A DNA stretch of 64,000 nucleotides from assembly GCA_017650925.1 (NCBI GenBank), contig JAGCDY010000053.1, forward strand, positions 10,977 through 74,976. The letters are read 5' to 3'. This DNA comes from a bacterium (GTDB lineage: Bacteria; Auribacterota; UBA3054). A program made the position numbers and the translations under genes. The notes under the pieces were generated by a model that did no database searches, had not been told where the DNA came from, and was given only the letters and a program-made list of their open reading frames with translations. Position 1 is the first letter of the stretch, and each line of letters begins with the position of its first letter. Below, one piece after another: positions 24,766 through 32,900 of the stretch.

Positions 24766-26435
24766 TTTTTTATCCTTCCTTTTGTTTTCAGCAGTTTTTC
24801 GGCGAAATCGCGCGCCTTTTCGTCGTTGCCTCCCAGCATGCGGGACAATTCCTCCCTGCGCCTTTCGCCCTTTATTTGCGTTATCTCGACCGTGGCGGAG
24901 TCTTCCTTAACCAGCTTCTCGACAAGGTAGTGGGTGTCGGCGGCCGCCGCGATGACCGGCATGTGCGTGATAACGAACACCTGGTGGTCCCCTCCGAGAA
25001 GTGACAGACGCTCGGCTATGGCGCCGGCGACCGTCGCGCTTATCCCGGAGTCTATCTCGTCGAAAAAGAGTATCTGCACCGCGTTGCCGCCCAGAGAAAG
25101 ACACTTCAGGGCGAGCGTCAGCCGCGACAGCTCGCCTCCCGAGGCGATCTTGGAAAGCGGCATCATCGGCTGCCCGGCGTTGGCGATCGTGAACTCCACG
25201 TTCTCGGCGCCGCAGGAGGCGATCTCGTCAAGGGCTTCCAACTTCACGCCGAATTTCATGCCTGTCATGCCAAGCGGCGCGATCTCGCTTTCAACCGCTT
25301 TCCCGAATTTGGCGGCCGCGGCCGCGCGCTTTTTCGTCAGTTTTTCGGCGGCAAGCTTAAGCTCGGCCAACTTCTCAGCGGCCTCCTTTTCCAGTTCGCC
25401 AATCCTCTCGTCAAAGGAGCCGCTCTCCCTTAGCTTTTCCTCGAGATTTTTCGTCTCATCGATTACGGCTTCCACCGTCGGGCCGTATTTCTTTTTCAGG
25501 CGGTCTATCAGTGCGATGCGCTCCTGGACCTTCGCCAATTCTTCGGGATCGACTTTCAGTTTGTCCTGCGCCCTCGCGACTTCTCCCTGAAGATCGTCCA
25601 GGGCCGCGAGCGCGTTCTCCATGTTCTCTTCCCAGCCGCCCGCGGGGGAATAAAGGCTCTTCAGCTGCTTGATCAGCCTGTTGATTTTCCTCAGCCCCTG
25701 GGCCGGACTGCCTTCTTCGCCGAAAAGACCGCTTTCCAAAGAAGCCAAAAGTTCGCTTATCTCTTCGGCGTTCGAAAGCGTCTTTTCCGTTTCCAGAAGT
25801 TCCTCTTCCTCGCCGGCCCTTAGGTTCGCCTCGTTAACTTCCTTTATCTGAAAGCGCCAGAGATCTTCCCTGCGCCTCGTTTCCCTCTCGTTCTCAATGT
25901 ATTCGGAAAGAAGCTTTTTCTTTGCCTCGTATTCTGCGCAAAGGGCGGACACTTCCCTCGCCAAGGCTCCGGCCCCGGCGAAATCGTCAAAGGACATTCT
26001 CTGCCAGTTCCTTTTCGTCAGGGACTGCTGGGCGTTCTGGGAATGGATGTCCACGGTTTCCGCCATCAGTTCGCCGAGGTGCTTTACGGTCACCATCTGG
26101 TCGGCGAAAAAAGCCGCGGCGCGCCCGTTGGCGCAAACTTCCCTTCTCACGATGAGAGGCTCGTTTCCCACGTCGAAGCCGTCCAGCCTGTAGCGCTCGA
26201 TCCTCTTAGCGTCGCTCGCTTCGAACTCGAAAACGCCCTCCACGAAAGCCTTCTCGCAGCCGTGGCGGACAAGCGAAGAATCAGCCCTCTCCCCTAAAAG
26301 AAGCTGGATAGAGCCGAGGATAGTCGATTTGCCGGCTCCGGTCTCGCCGGTAACGGCAACTATGCCCTTGGGGAACTCCACGTCGATCTGGCAGACAAGC
26401 GCCAGATCCTTGATGCGCAGCCTGGAAAGATACAT
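24762..26435 (-). CDS. recN: DNA repair protein RecN
   Basis: 557 aa. It has an SMC-like N-terminal Walker A (VTGETGAGKSTIL), a long coiled coil, a C-terminal signature (ASGGELSRLTLALK) and Walker B (LFFDEIDSG). Confidence 0.93.
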   Translation of the reverse strand: MYLSRLRIKDLALVCQIDVEFPKGIVAVTGETGAGKSTILGSIQLLLGERADSSLVRHGCEKAFVEGVFEFEASDAKRIERYRLDGFDVGNEPLIVRREVCANGRAAAFFADQMVTVKHLGELMAETVDIHSQNAQQSLTKRNWQRMSFDDFAGAGALAREVSALCAEYEAKKKLLSEYIENERETRRREDLWRFQIKEVNEANLRAGEEEELLETEKTLSNAEEISELLASLESGLFGEEGSPAQGLRKINRLIKQLKSLYSPAGGWEENMENALAALDDLQGEVARAQDKLKVDPEELAKVQERIALIDRLKKKYGPTVEAVIDETKNLEEKLRESGSFDERIGELEKEAAEKLAELKLAAEKLTKKRAAAAAKFGKAVESEIAPLGMTGMKFGVKLEALDEIASCGAENVEFTIANAGQPMMPLSKIASGGELSRLTLALKCLSLGGNAVQILFFDEIDSGISATVAGAIAERLSLLGGDHQVFVITHMPVIAAAADTHYLVEKLVKEDSATVEITQIKGERRREELSRMLGGNDEKARDFAEKLLKTKGRIKK

Positions 26436-26462
26436 TTTTCCGCTGGGAACGAGAAAGAAAAC

Positions 26463-26957
26463 TTACTTCTGCTCTTCGACCTTCTCAGCCGCGGGCTCTT
26501 CCTCCACCACTTTCGCTTCCGGAGGATTGCCGAACCACTGCTCGCCCACTTCCTTGGAGGCGTAGCGGGCATAACCCTTCAGCCATTGGGAATGCTCGGG
26601 ATAGAAATAGCCCAGGGTCAGGGTGTCGAATAAGCCTTCCACGAGATACACAGGAGCCAGACAGGCGCCGATCACGGAGCCGCACAAAAAGCTGGTGGGC
26701 ACGGCATAGGGCAGGGAAACAATGGAATGCCAGTCGTAGTCAGCGATGTCGCAGATCATCCAGGAAGACATGCCGCCCAGCACGGGGGGCAGAAGCGGCG
26801 CGGCCACGATGTTGCAGGGGCCGTAGAGAAGATGCTCGGCGCTCCACGTATTGGTGTTAGTGTTGTCGGTGGCGGCGGTGGCGGTTTCATCGGCCAGGGA
26901 AGCGGTGGCGCAGAAAACCAGCGCCAGAGCCGCGGAAAGAAGAATCAGCTTTTTCAT
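26463..26957 (-). CDS. hypothetical exported/membrane protein
   Basis: 164 aa. It has a signal peptide (MKKLILLSAALALVFCATASLA), two hydrophobic Cys-containing segments and an acidic tail (EEEPAAEKVEEQK). No motif is recognised. Confidence 0.5.
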   Translation of the reverse strand: MKKLILLSAALALVFCATASLADETATAATDNTNTNTWSAEHLLYGPCNIVAAPLLPPVLGGMSSWMICDIADYDWHSIVSLPYAVPTSFLCGSVIGACLAPVYLVEGLFDTLTLGYFYPEHSQWLKGYARYASKEVGEQWFGNPPEAKVVEEEPAAEKVEEQK

Positions 26958-27004
26958 CTTTGGTCCTTGGTGTTGGAATAATAAGTTTTCAGTTATATTT
27001 ATTT

Positions 27005-27013
27005 ATTATACCA
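27005..27013 (-). promoter_or_regulatory. candidate extended -10 promoter (TGGTATAAT)
   Basis: The minus strand reads atATGGTATAATaaa about 48 nt upstream of the ATG at 26957. Confidence 0.45.
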
Positions 27014-27037
27014 TATTGCGCCGCGGACGATATATGA

Positions 27038-28447
27038 CTACTCGGAAGAGTTCCCCCTTTTTTCCGCGAGGGCCGGCAGCGCGGCCCTGATCGCCTGGGC
27101 CGCGTCGGCGCAGCCGACGAGAGTCATGCCGTTCCACTCGACTTCCGCTTTGCCTTTTTCCCTGAAGCTCTTCAGATTGTGGGCCGGCATGACGCAGCGT
27201 TTGAAGCCCAGGCGTATGGCCTCCATCACGCGCCGCTCTATCTGGCTTACCGCTCTGACCTCCCCGCCCAGGCCGACTTCGCCTATCAGAACGGTGTCTT
27301 CGGCCACGCAGACGTCGAAATATGAGGAGGCCACCGCCGCTAAGAGCGCCAGGTCCATGCCCGGCTCGTCAATCTTAAGTCCGCCGGCAATGTTCACATA
27401 AACGTCCGTGGCGGACATAGGGATGCCGATCCTCTTTTCCAAAACGGCCAGCAGAAGAAGAAGCCTGTTGGGATCGCAGCCCAGAGCCTTTCTGGCGGGC
27501 GTCCCGTAGGGCGCCTTGGCGCAAAGCGCCTGGACTTCCATAAGGATGGGCCTGGTGCCCTCCAGCGAAGTGCCGACGGCCGAGCCGCTGTTTTTGGTGA
27601 GCCTTTGGGCAAGAAAAATAGCGGAGGGATTCTTGACTTCCACCAGACCCTTTCCCGTCATCTCGAAAACGCCGATCTCGTCGGTCGAGCCGTAGCGGTT
27701 TTTCACGCTCCTAAGTATTCTGTAGATATTGTGCCTTTCGCCCTCGAAGTACAGAACGGTGTCGACCAGGTGCTCCATTACCCTGGGTCCCGCGATGGCG
27801 CCGGATTTCGTCACGTGGCCGACGATTATGGTCGTTATCATCTCTTTCTTGGCGAAACGGACCAAGGCCGCCGTGCATTCCCTGACCTGGGCCACGGAGC
27901 CCGGGGCGCTGCTTATCTCCTGGTCGTACATGACCTGGATGGAATCCACGAGCAGTATAGCTGGACGCCTGTTTTTGGCCTCCTGCAGGAAGGCCGCCAG
28001 GTTCGTCTCTGACATGATCCAGATGTCGGGATTCTTTATGTTTAGGCGCTCGGCCCTCATCTTGGCCTGGGCCTGCGATTCCTCGCCGGAAACGTAAAGG
28101 ACTTCCCTGCCGGGCTTGGCCAGCGCCTCGGCGATCTGCAAAAGAAGCGTCGACTTGCCGATCCCGGGATCGCCGCCCACTAAAAGGACCTGCCCCGCGA
28201 CCAGACCGCCGCCGCAGATGCGGTCGAATTCGCTGATCTCGGTTGGAAGCCTCTTGTCGCCCGCTGAAACGACCGACATCAGAGGCTGGGCCGGGCTGGA
28301 AATAACTATGTTCTGGCTGCCCGAGTTGTCCTCCGCTTTCTCTTCCACAAAGGTGTTCCAGGATTCGCAGCTTGGACACTGGCCGAGCCATTTGGGGCTT
28401 TTCGCGCCGCACTCCTGGCAGACGTAGATCTTTTTTTCTTTCGCCAT
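27038..28447 (-). CDS. radA: DNA repair protein RadA/Sms
   Basis: 469 aa. It has a zinc finger (CQECGAKSPKWLGQCPSCESWNTF), Walker A (GDPGIGKSTLL), the KNRYG motif and a Lon-like C-terminal domain. Confidence 0.95.
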   Translation of the reverse strand: MAKEKKIYVCQECGAKSPKWLGQCPSCESWNTFVEEKAEDNSGSQNIVISSPAQPLMSVVSAGDKRLPTEISEFDRICGGGLVAGQVLLVGGDPGIGKSTLLLQIAEALAKPGREVLYVSGEESQAQAKMRAERLNIKNPDIWIMSETNLAAFLQEAKNRRPAILLVDSIQVMYDQEISSAPGSVAQVRECTAALVRFAKKEMITTIIVGHVTKSGAIAGPRVMEHLVDTVLYFEGERHNIYRILRSVKNRYGSTDEIGVFEMTGKGLVEVKNPSAIFLAQRLTKNSGSAVGTSLEGTRPILMEVQALCAKAPYGTPARKALGCDPNRLLLLLAVLEKRIGIPMSATDVYVNIAGGLKIDEPGMDLALLAAVASSYFDVCVAEDTVLIGEVGLGGEVRAVSQIERRVMEAIRLGFKRCVMPAHNLKSFREKGKAEVEWNGMTLVGCADAAQAIRAALPALAEKRGNSSE

Positions 28448-28448
28448 A

Positions 28449-29024
28449 CTATTCTTCCAGCAGGAATTTTAAACGTCCGCCCAGGCGGAATCCGTACTTT
28501 TGGCATTCATTCTGAAGGAAAGCCGCGTTGTCGCGGTAGCTTTCGAGATCTTCTCCGGCCGGCAGGAAAAAAATCATGGAGCGCGGCAGGTCGTGATTGG
28601 CAAGCGCTATCAGCGTTTCCCTCAGGTCTATCTCGTCTTCCATCTCTATTCTCAGCTCCGCTATCCCACCGGCCGCAATGCAGGCGTTTATGTTTTCGGC
28701 CGGCCAGGCGCCGCGGGGCTTGAGAAGAAAAGAATAGAGATCCGCCTCCAGATCGGGAGGAAGTGATCCGTCGCTTTCTATGACGGCATGGCGGTAAAGG
28801 TCCTCTATACCGGCGAGCAGAACGCTTGCCTCCTCCTTTTGGGAGGCGACGCCGCCCTTCAGGACGACGTAGCGCACGGTGCTTTCCTGCACCTCTTTTA
28901 TGAGATCGTCAACGCCTTTGACCACACCCTCCTCGGAATCGTCAGCCAAGGAAATAAAGAAAGCGGGCATGCCCGCAAGGGAGCCCGAATCTATCAGGCT
29001 GGTTTTTGTTTCCTTTATCTTCAT
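28449..29024 (-). CDS. QueE-like (7-carboxy-7-deazaguanine synthase fold) protein lacking the radical-SAM cysteine triad
   Basis: 192 aa from the ATG at 29024. The ORF-track 5' extension to 29102 runs through the upstream terminator. Segment-by-segment resemblance to the QueE consensus from memory: SGSLAGMPAFFISL vs GEGxxxGxPxxFxRL, VVLKGGVAS vs VxxTGGEP, and IESDGS vs ETxG. The CxxxCxxC position reads ADDSEEGVV. Confidence 0.45.
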   Translation of the reverse strand: MKIKETKTSLIDSGSLAGMPAFFISLADDSEEGVVKGVDDLIKEVQESTVRYVVLKGGVASQKEEASVLLAGIEDLYRHAVIESDGSLPPDLEADLYSFLLKPRGAWPAENINACIAAGGIAELRIEMEDEIDLRETLIALANHDLPRSMIFFLPAGEDLESYRDNAAFLQNECQKYGFRLGGRLKFLLEE

Positions 29025-29065
29025 AATACCTATTGTAGCAAATCCCGCAAGGGAAATTTGTAGAC

Positions 29066-29094
29066 AAAAAAAGAGACCCGCTTGCGCGGGTCTC
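29066..29094 (-). terminator. intrinsic terminator after the secreted beta-solenoid-like gene
   Basis: The minus strand reads GAGACCCGC-gcaa-GCGGGTCTC (9-bp perfect stem) followed by TTTTTTT. Confidence 0.8.
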
Positions 29095-29125
29095 TTCCAC
29101 AAGAATGCTAGTGATTAGCTTCTTA

Positions 29126-29770
29126 TTATTCGGTCACGGGGTTCACCACGTTCACGTTCTTGGCGGTGTAGACCAGACCAGGAGTGACCATGATGGTGCC
29201 GCCAGCCTGTTTGGCTTTGAAGGCAACCTTCTTGGGGGTCGCGATGCCGAGGCCGTTGACTTCGCCGAACTGGCTGCACTGGATGCTCTTGAAGTTACCA
29301 GCGACGATGCCTTCGACTTTGCCGACGGCCTTGAGGGCGGTGCCTTTCGCGAAAGCGCCAGCTTCCACGGTGCCGTTGACATTGGCGACCTGAGCGCTCT
29401 TCAGACCAGCGCAAACGACGGTGCCGACGGTGATGCCTTTCAGCTTAAGAGCGACGCCGTTGAAGCCGGAGAAAACGCCGTTGATGGTGCCGGAAACCTT
29501 GCCGCCTTTCTGGGCGATGGCTTTGCCGGTGTCAGCCTTGACGACGATGTTGCCGTTGGCCATGGTGAACTGGACCTGGCCCTTGTCACCCAGCTGAGTG
29601 CCGAAATCGACGTAGGTGGTGCCGGTTTCTTCATCGAAGGTGACCTGCGGGGTCACGACGGGCTTGGAGAAGCCTTCCAGACCTTCACAGAAGACCTGCG
29701 GGGTCTTGGCAGCGTAAGCGATGGCAGCGATGACGAGTAAAGAAGCGATGATGATCTTAGTAGCTTTCAT
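29126..29770 (-). CDS. small secreted Gly/Val/Lys-rich repeat protein (beta-solenoid/bactofilin-like pattern)
   Basis: 214 aa from the ATG at 29770 (GGAGA RBS 6 nt upstream). The signal peptide is MKATKIIIASLLVIAAIAYA|AK. The body is quasi-repetitive (GKVSGTINGVFSGFNGVALKLKGITVGTVVCAGLKSAQVANVNGTVEAGAFAKGTALKAVGKVEGIVAG). Confidence 0.6.
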   Translation of the reverse strand: MKATKIIIASLLVIAAIAYAAKTPQVFCEGLEGFSKPVVTPQVTFDEETGTTYVDFGTQLGDKGQVQFTMANGNIVVKADTGKAIAQKGGKVSGTINGVFSGFNGVALKLKGITVGTVVCAGLKSAQVANVNGTVEAGAFAKGTALKAVGKVEGIVAGNFKSIQCSQFGEVNGLGIATPKKVAFKAKQAGGTIMVTPGLVYTAKNVNVVNPVTE

Positions 29771-29982
29771 TTTATGTCTCCATAAATGTGGTATTTTAAA
29801 CAATGTCTCCCAAACGGAATCAACTATGTGACTCCCCTCCGGTGGGACGTTTCCCCGCCCGAAACCTTTCGGACTAAAAATAATAGGGCTCGTTTCCCTG
29901 TATTGAAGGCCTTAACGCTCGAAGCTGTTATCCGGCCTTTCACTCTGCATTGTTTCTGCAGTATTTTTCAGGACGTATTCTA

Positions 29983-32900
29983 TCAGAACGGCTGCTGGAT
30001 GTCAATAGCCCCCTTCTCCTCGTGGGGCTCTCTCCCCCTGACGGCTTTTTCCAGGGAGAGCTGGCGCTCGTTTTCCTCCAGCTGGAGGGCGACGGGATCG
30101 CTCCCGCGGCGGATCCTCCAGCCGATCGGCGAATTTTTGAAGCGTTCCTCGAATTCCCCGTCGATGCGGCGGAAACTTACGTCTGTGAACTCCACCGATC
30201 CCGGGCTGGAGATGTTTTCGCTGCCGCAATAGAAGGATACGCGGCAATTCGCCTCGTTGGTGACTATGATATAGCCCAGCGACCACTGGCCGACGCCGGC
30301 TTTCCATTTCGCGGTGAGTGCTGGGGCGTCGAGGCTCTGAACGCGGAACTTAAGGGATATCTCATCCGGCGCCTCCCTTCCCTCGGGGATCCTGGCATAG
30401 GCCTGCCCGAGATAGATACCTTTCTCCAGCTCAAGCCTTTGGGATACTCCGGCCAGACCGCCTGGCTCGCCCTGGGCCAGAAGCCAAAGATCGGGAATCG
30501 ATATGAAAGTCGAGGGGATCTTCTCCCCCTTTACGGATTCCGTCCGCCATACTCCCAACCCGTTCTCAAAATAGCGGTTCTGCAGGCATTCTCCCGGCTC
30601 GCTGAAGATGGCGCTCCTCGGAAGATCGTTTGTCACCGTCAGGGCGATCTCCTTTTTGAAGCGTTCCCTGTAGGCTTCGTCAATGGTCTTCTCCTTCTTG
30701 TCGCTCATGCCGCGTTTGATCTTATCCCAGGCGTCGAAATAGACGACGTTCGCGGGATTGTCGCGGTAGATCTTATCATAGAGCGAGGTGAATATTTTGA
30801 AGGTGTTTTCGGAGAGGCCGTAATTTTCGACCATGGCGACGGGAGAGACAAACTTCAGATCCCCGCCGAAATGACGGTAAACTTCCGTGAGGAAAACGAT
30901 ATCCGGGAAGTCTTTCACTGTCATGTCAAGATAACGCTGCGCACTCTTAAGATCCCTCATTCTGTACGCGTAGGCCCATCTGGCGGCAATGCTGCGGCAT
31001 TTTGAAAGCTCTTCCGGATCCATTAGCTTGCAGCCCCTGACGAACCCGCGGCGATAAGCCTTCGACAGGCTGGTGTATGTCATGTCGTCCAAAGAAACAG
31101 CCGGCAGAAGCGCGAGCTGCGAGCACAGTTCGTCCCTGCCCTCCCGGCTCCATGACGTGTCGACGCAGCAAAGGACGGCCAGATACATGGCGGCCAGCTG
31201 CTGGGCGGAATGAACGGGAACGGTGGATCTGAGCAGGACTAGCCGTTCGCTGGAGACCTTTATTTCGCATATGTCGCTGACGAAACCAAATTCGGCGGGA
31301 GCGTCAAGGCAAAGGGCCCACCAGGCGTTCCCTTCCGAATTGGAGAGCGAAGCCGCCCTGGAGGCAAGATCGTTGTCCTCGATTATTTCCCAGTTGCGGG
31401 CCGCCTTTCTCCTGTTCTCATAGCGGATGACATCGTAAAGCGAATTGCCTCCCTCTTCCCCTCTGGCCATTTTCGGCAAAATGAGCACATCCCCTTCCCT
31501 AAAGCCTGAGGCTTGATCGTCGAGGCATTTGCAGATCTTCTCGGTCATTTCGGAAAGGTCGCTGGATTCGGATTCGAAACCCGTGCTCCTGGCCGTTACC
31601 AGATAGATTATGAACGGCAGGACAATAAGCGAAGCCAGAAGCGGCTTCAGCCTCGGCGTCATGAAAACACGGCAGACCAGTCTGGAAAGCAGCGAGATCA
31701 ATTGTCCGCAGAGCATACCGCCCACGCCTATGATCATGGAAAGGAAAACCGTCGAGGCATAGCCCACCGTTCCCGGATCAAGTTTTGTCAGCCTCAGGAA
31801 GAAATAGAACAGGGCGCTCGTCAATATGCAGTAAAGTCCGCAGCGCTTGAGTTCCGAAAAGAACATCAGCAACCCTCCCAGGACGATCGACACGATGCAC
31901 AGACTGCCGGTGCGCGCGAGGAATGGCGAGACCGTCATGGGGTTGGGCGAGGAAACGATCCAGAAATCGCCGCCGATCTCATACTTCAGGGGGTCCAGTC
32001 CGCCGCAGAAGAAATAGAGCGAGGCTATGGGCAGAAGAAGCGGCAGGAAACGGCTCAGGGCCAGGAAAACGAAATTTCCCACTCCGGATTTTCTCGCGTT
32101 CCAGATGATGCCGACGGCCTGGGTCAGAATCATCAAAACGAGGCATATGAAGGCGAATACCGGCATCGTTCCCGGCATTCCCGCCAACAGCGAAACGAGC
32201 ACGCAGCGCATGAGGAAATACTTGTATCCTCCCCTGTAGCCGCTCACCGTCGCGCGGTAGGTGGTGAGTATCAGAAGCAAAAGCAAAAGCTGAATTGAGA
32301 AAAGCCCGCCGTCCAGCTGCAGAATGTTCCTTCCTGCCAGAAGGAAGAGGAGCCCCAGAGTCATGAGCGTCGAGGAAGTCAGCATCCTCACCGCGGTCTG
32401 GGAAAAAGCCAGGATGAAAAGGCAGGCCGCGGACACCAGGCAGGACAGCATCGCGTACTGGTTCGGCGACACCAGCTTGGCGTAGTTTATCTTCGAGCAG
32501 ATCCAGGCATACGCGATCTGAGCGGCGCCGAAAAGCGAACCGCAGCGGGAGCCGGAACCGTCAAACAGAAGATCCCGCCAGCTTTCGAACATATGCGCCT
32601 GGCGGAAAATGTGATCCTGATTCATGGTGAAATTCCGGTACATCCCCTTGGATATCATCCACAAGGAAACGACCAGAACGATAGTCGCCAAAAAAGTAAG
32701 GGCATAGGCGGAGACCTTGATCAAGAATCTTCCCCGGGCGCCTATTTTCTCCCTCTTCACCATGCCTCCGGCGGCCCCGGCGTCAGAATAGATGTCCTCG
32801 CCCGCTTCACCGTAGGCTCCCGAAGTTCCGTCGTAATACTCCCCGGATTTTTTCCTCCCGAAAAGCGAAGATATCCAGTCTATGATCTCGAAAAACCTGA

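Noticed and set aside
29025-29102. 5' extension of the QueE-like ORF (MWKRPAQAGLFFCLQISLAGFATIGI...), which could be read as a signal peptide.
   Set aside because: The extension runs through the 9-bp-stem intrinsic terminator of the upstream gene (29066-29094). The internal ATG at 29024 gives a protein collinear with QueE from its first residues.
29771-29982. The 212-nt gap upstream of the secreted repeat protein as a riboswitch or long structured leader. It contains two GGGAAACG-containing hairpins plus AAGGCC...GGCCTT and CTGCA...TGCAG stems.
   Set aside because: No match to any riboswitch consensus I know; I checked mentally against c-di-GMP-I and c-di-GMP-II. The gap can be explained as a weak terminator region for the giant gene followed by a TAAAAT -10-like box close to the downstream RBS.
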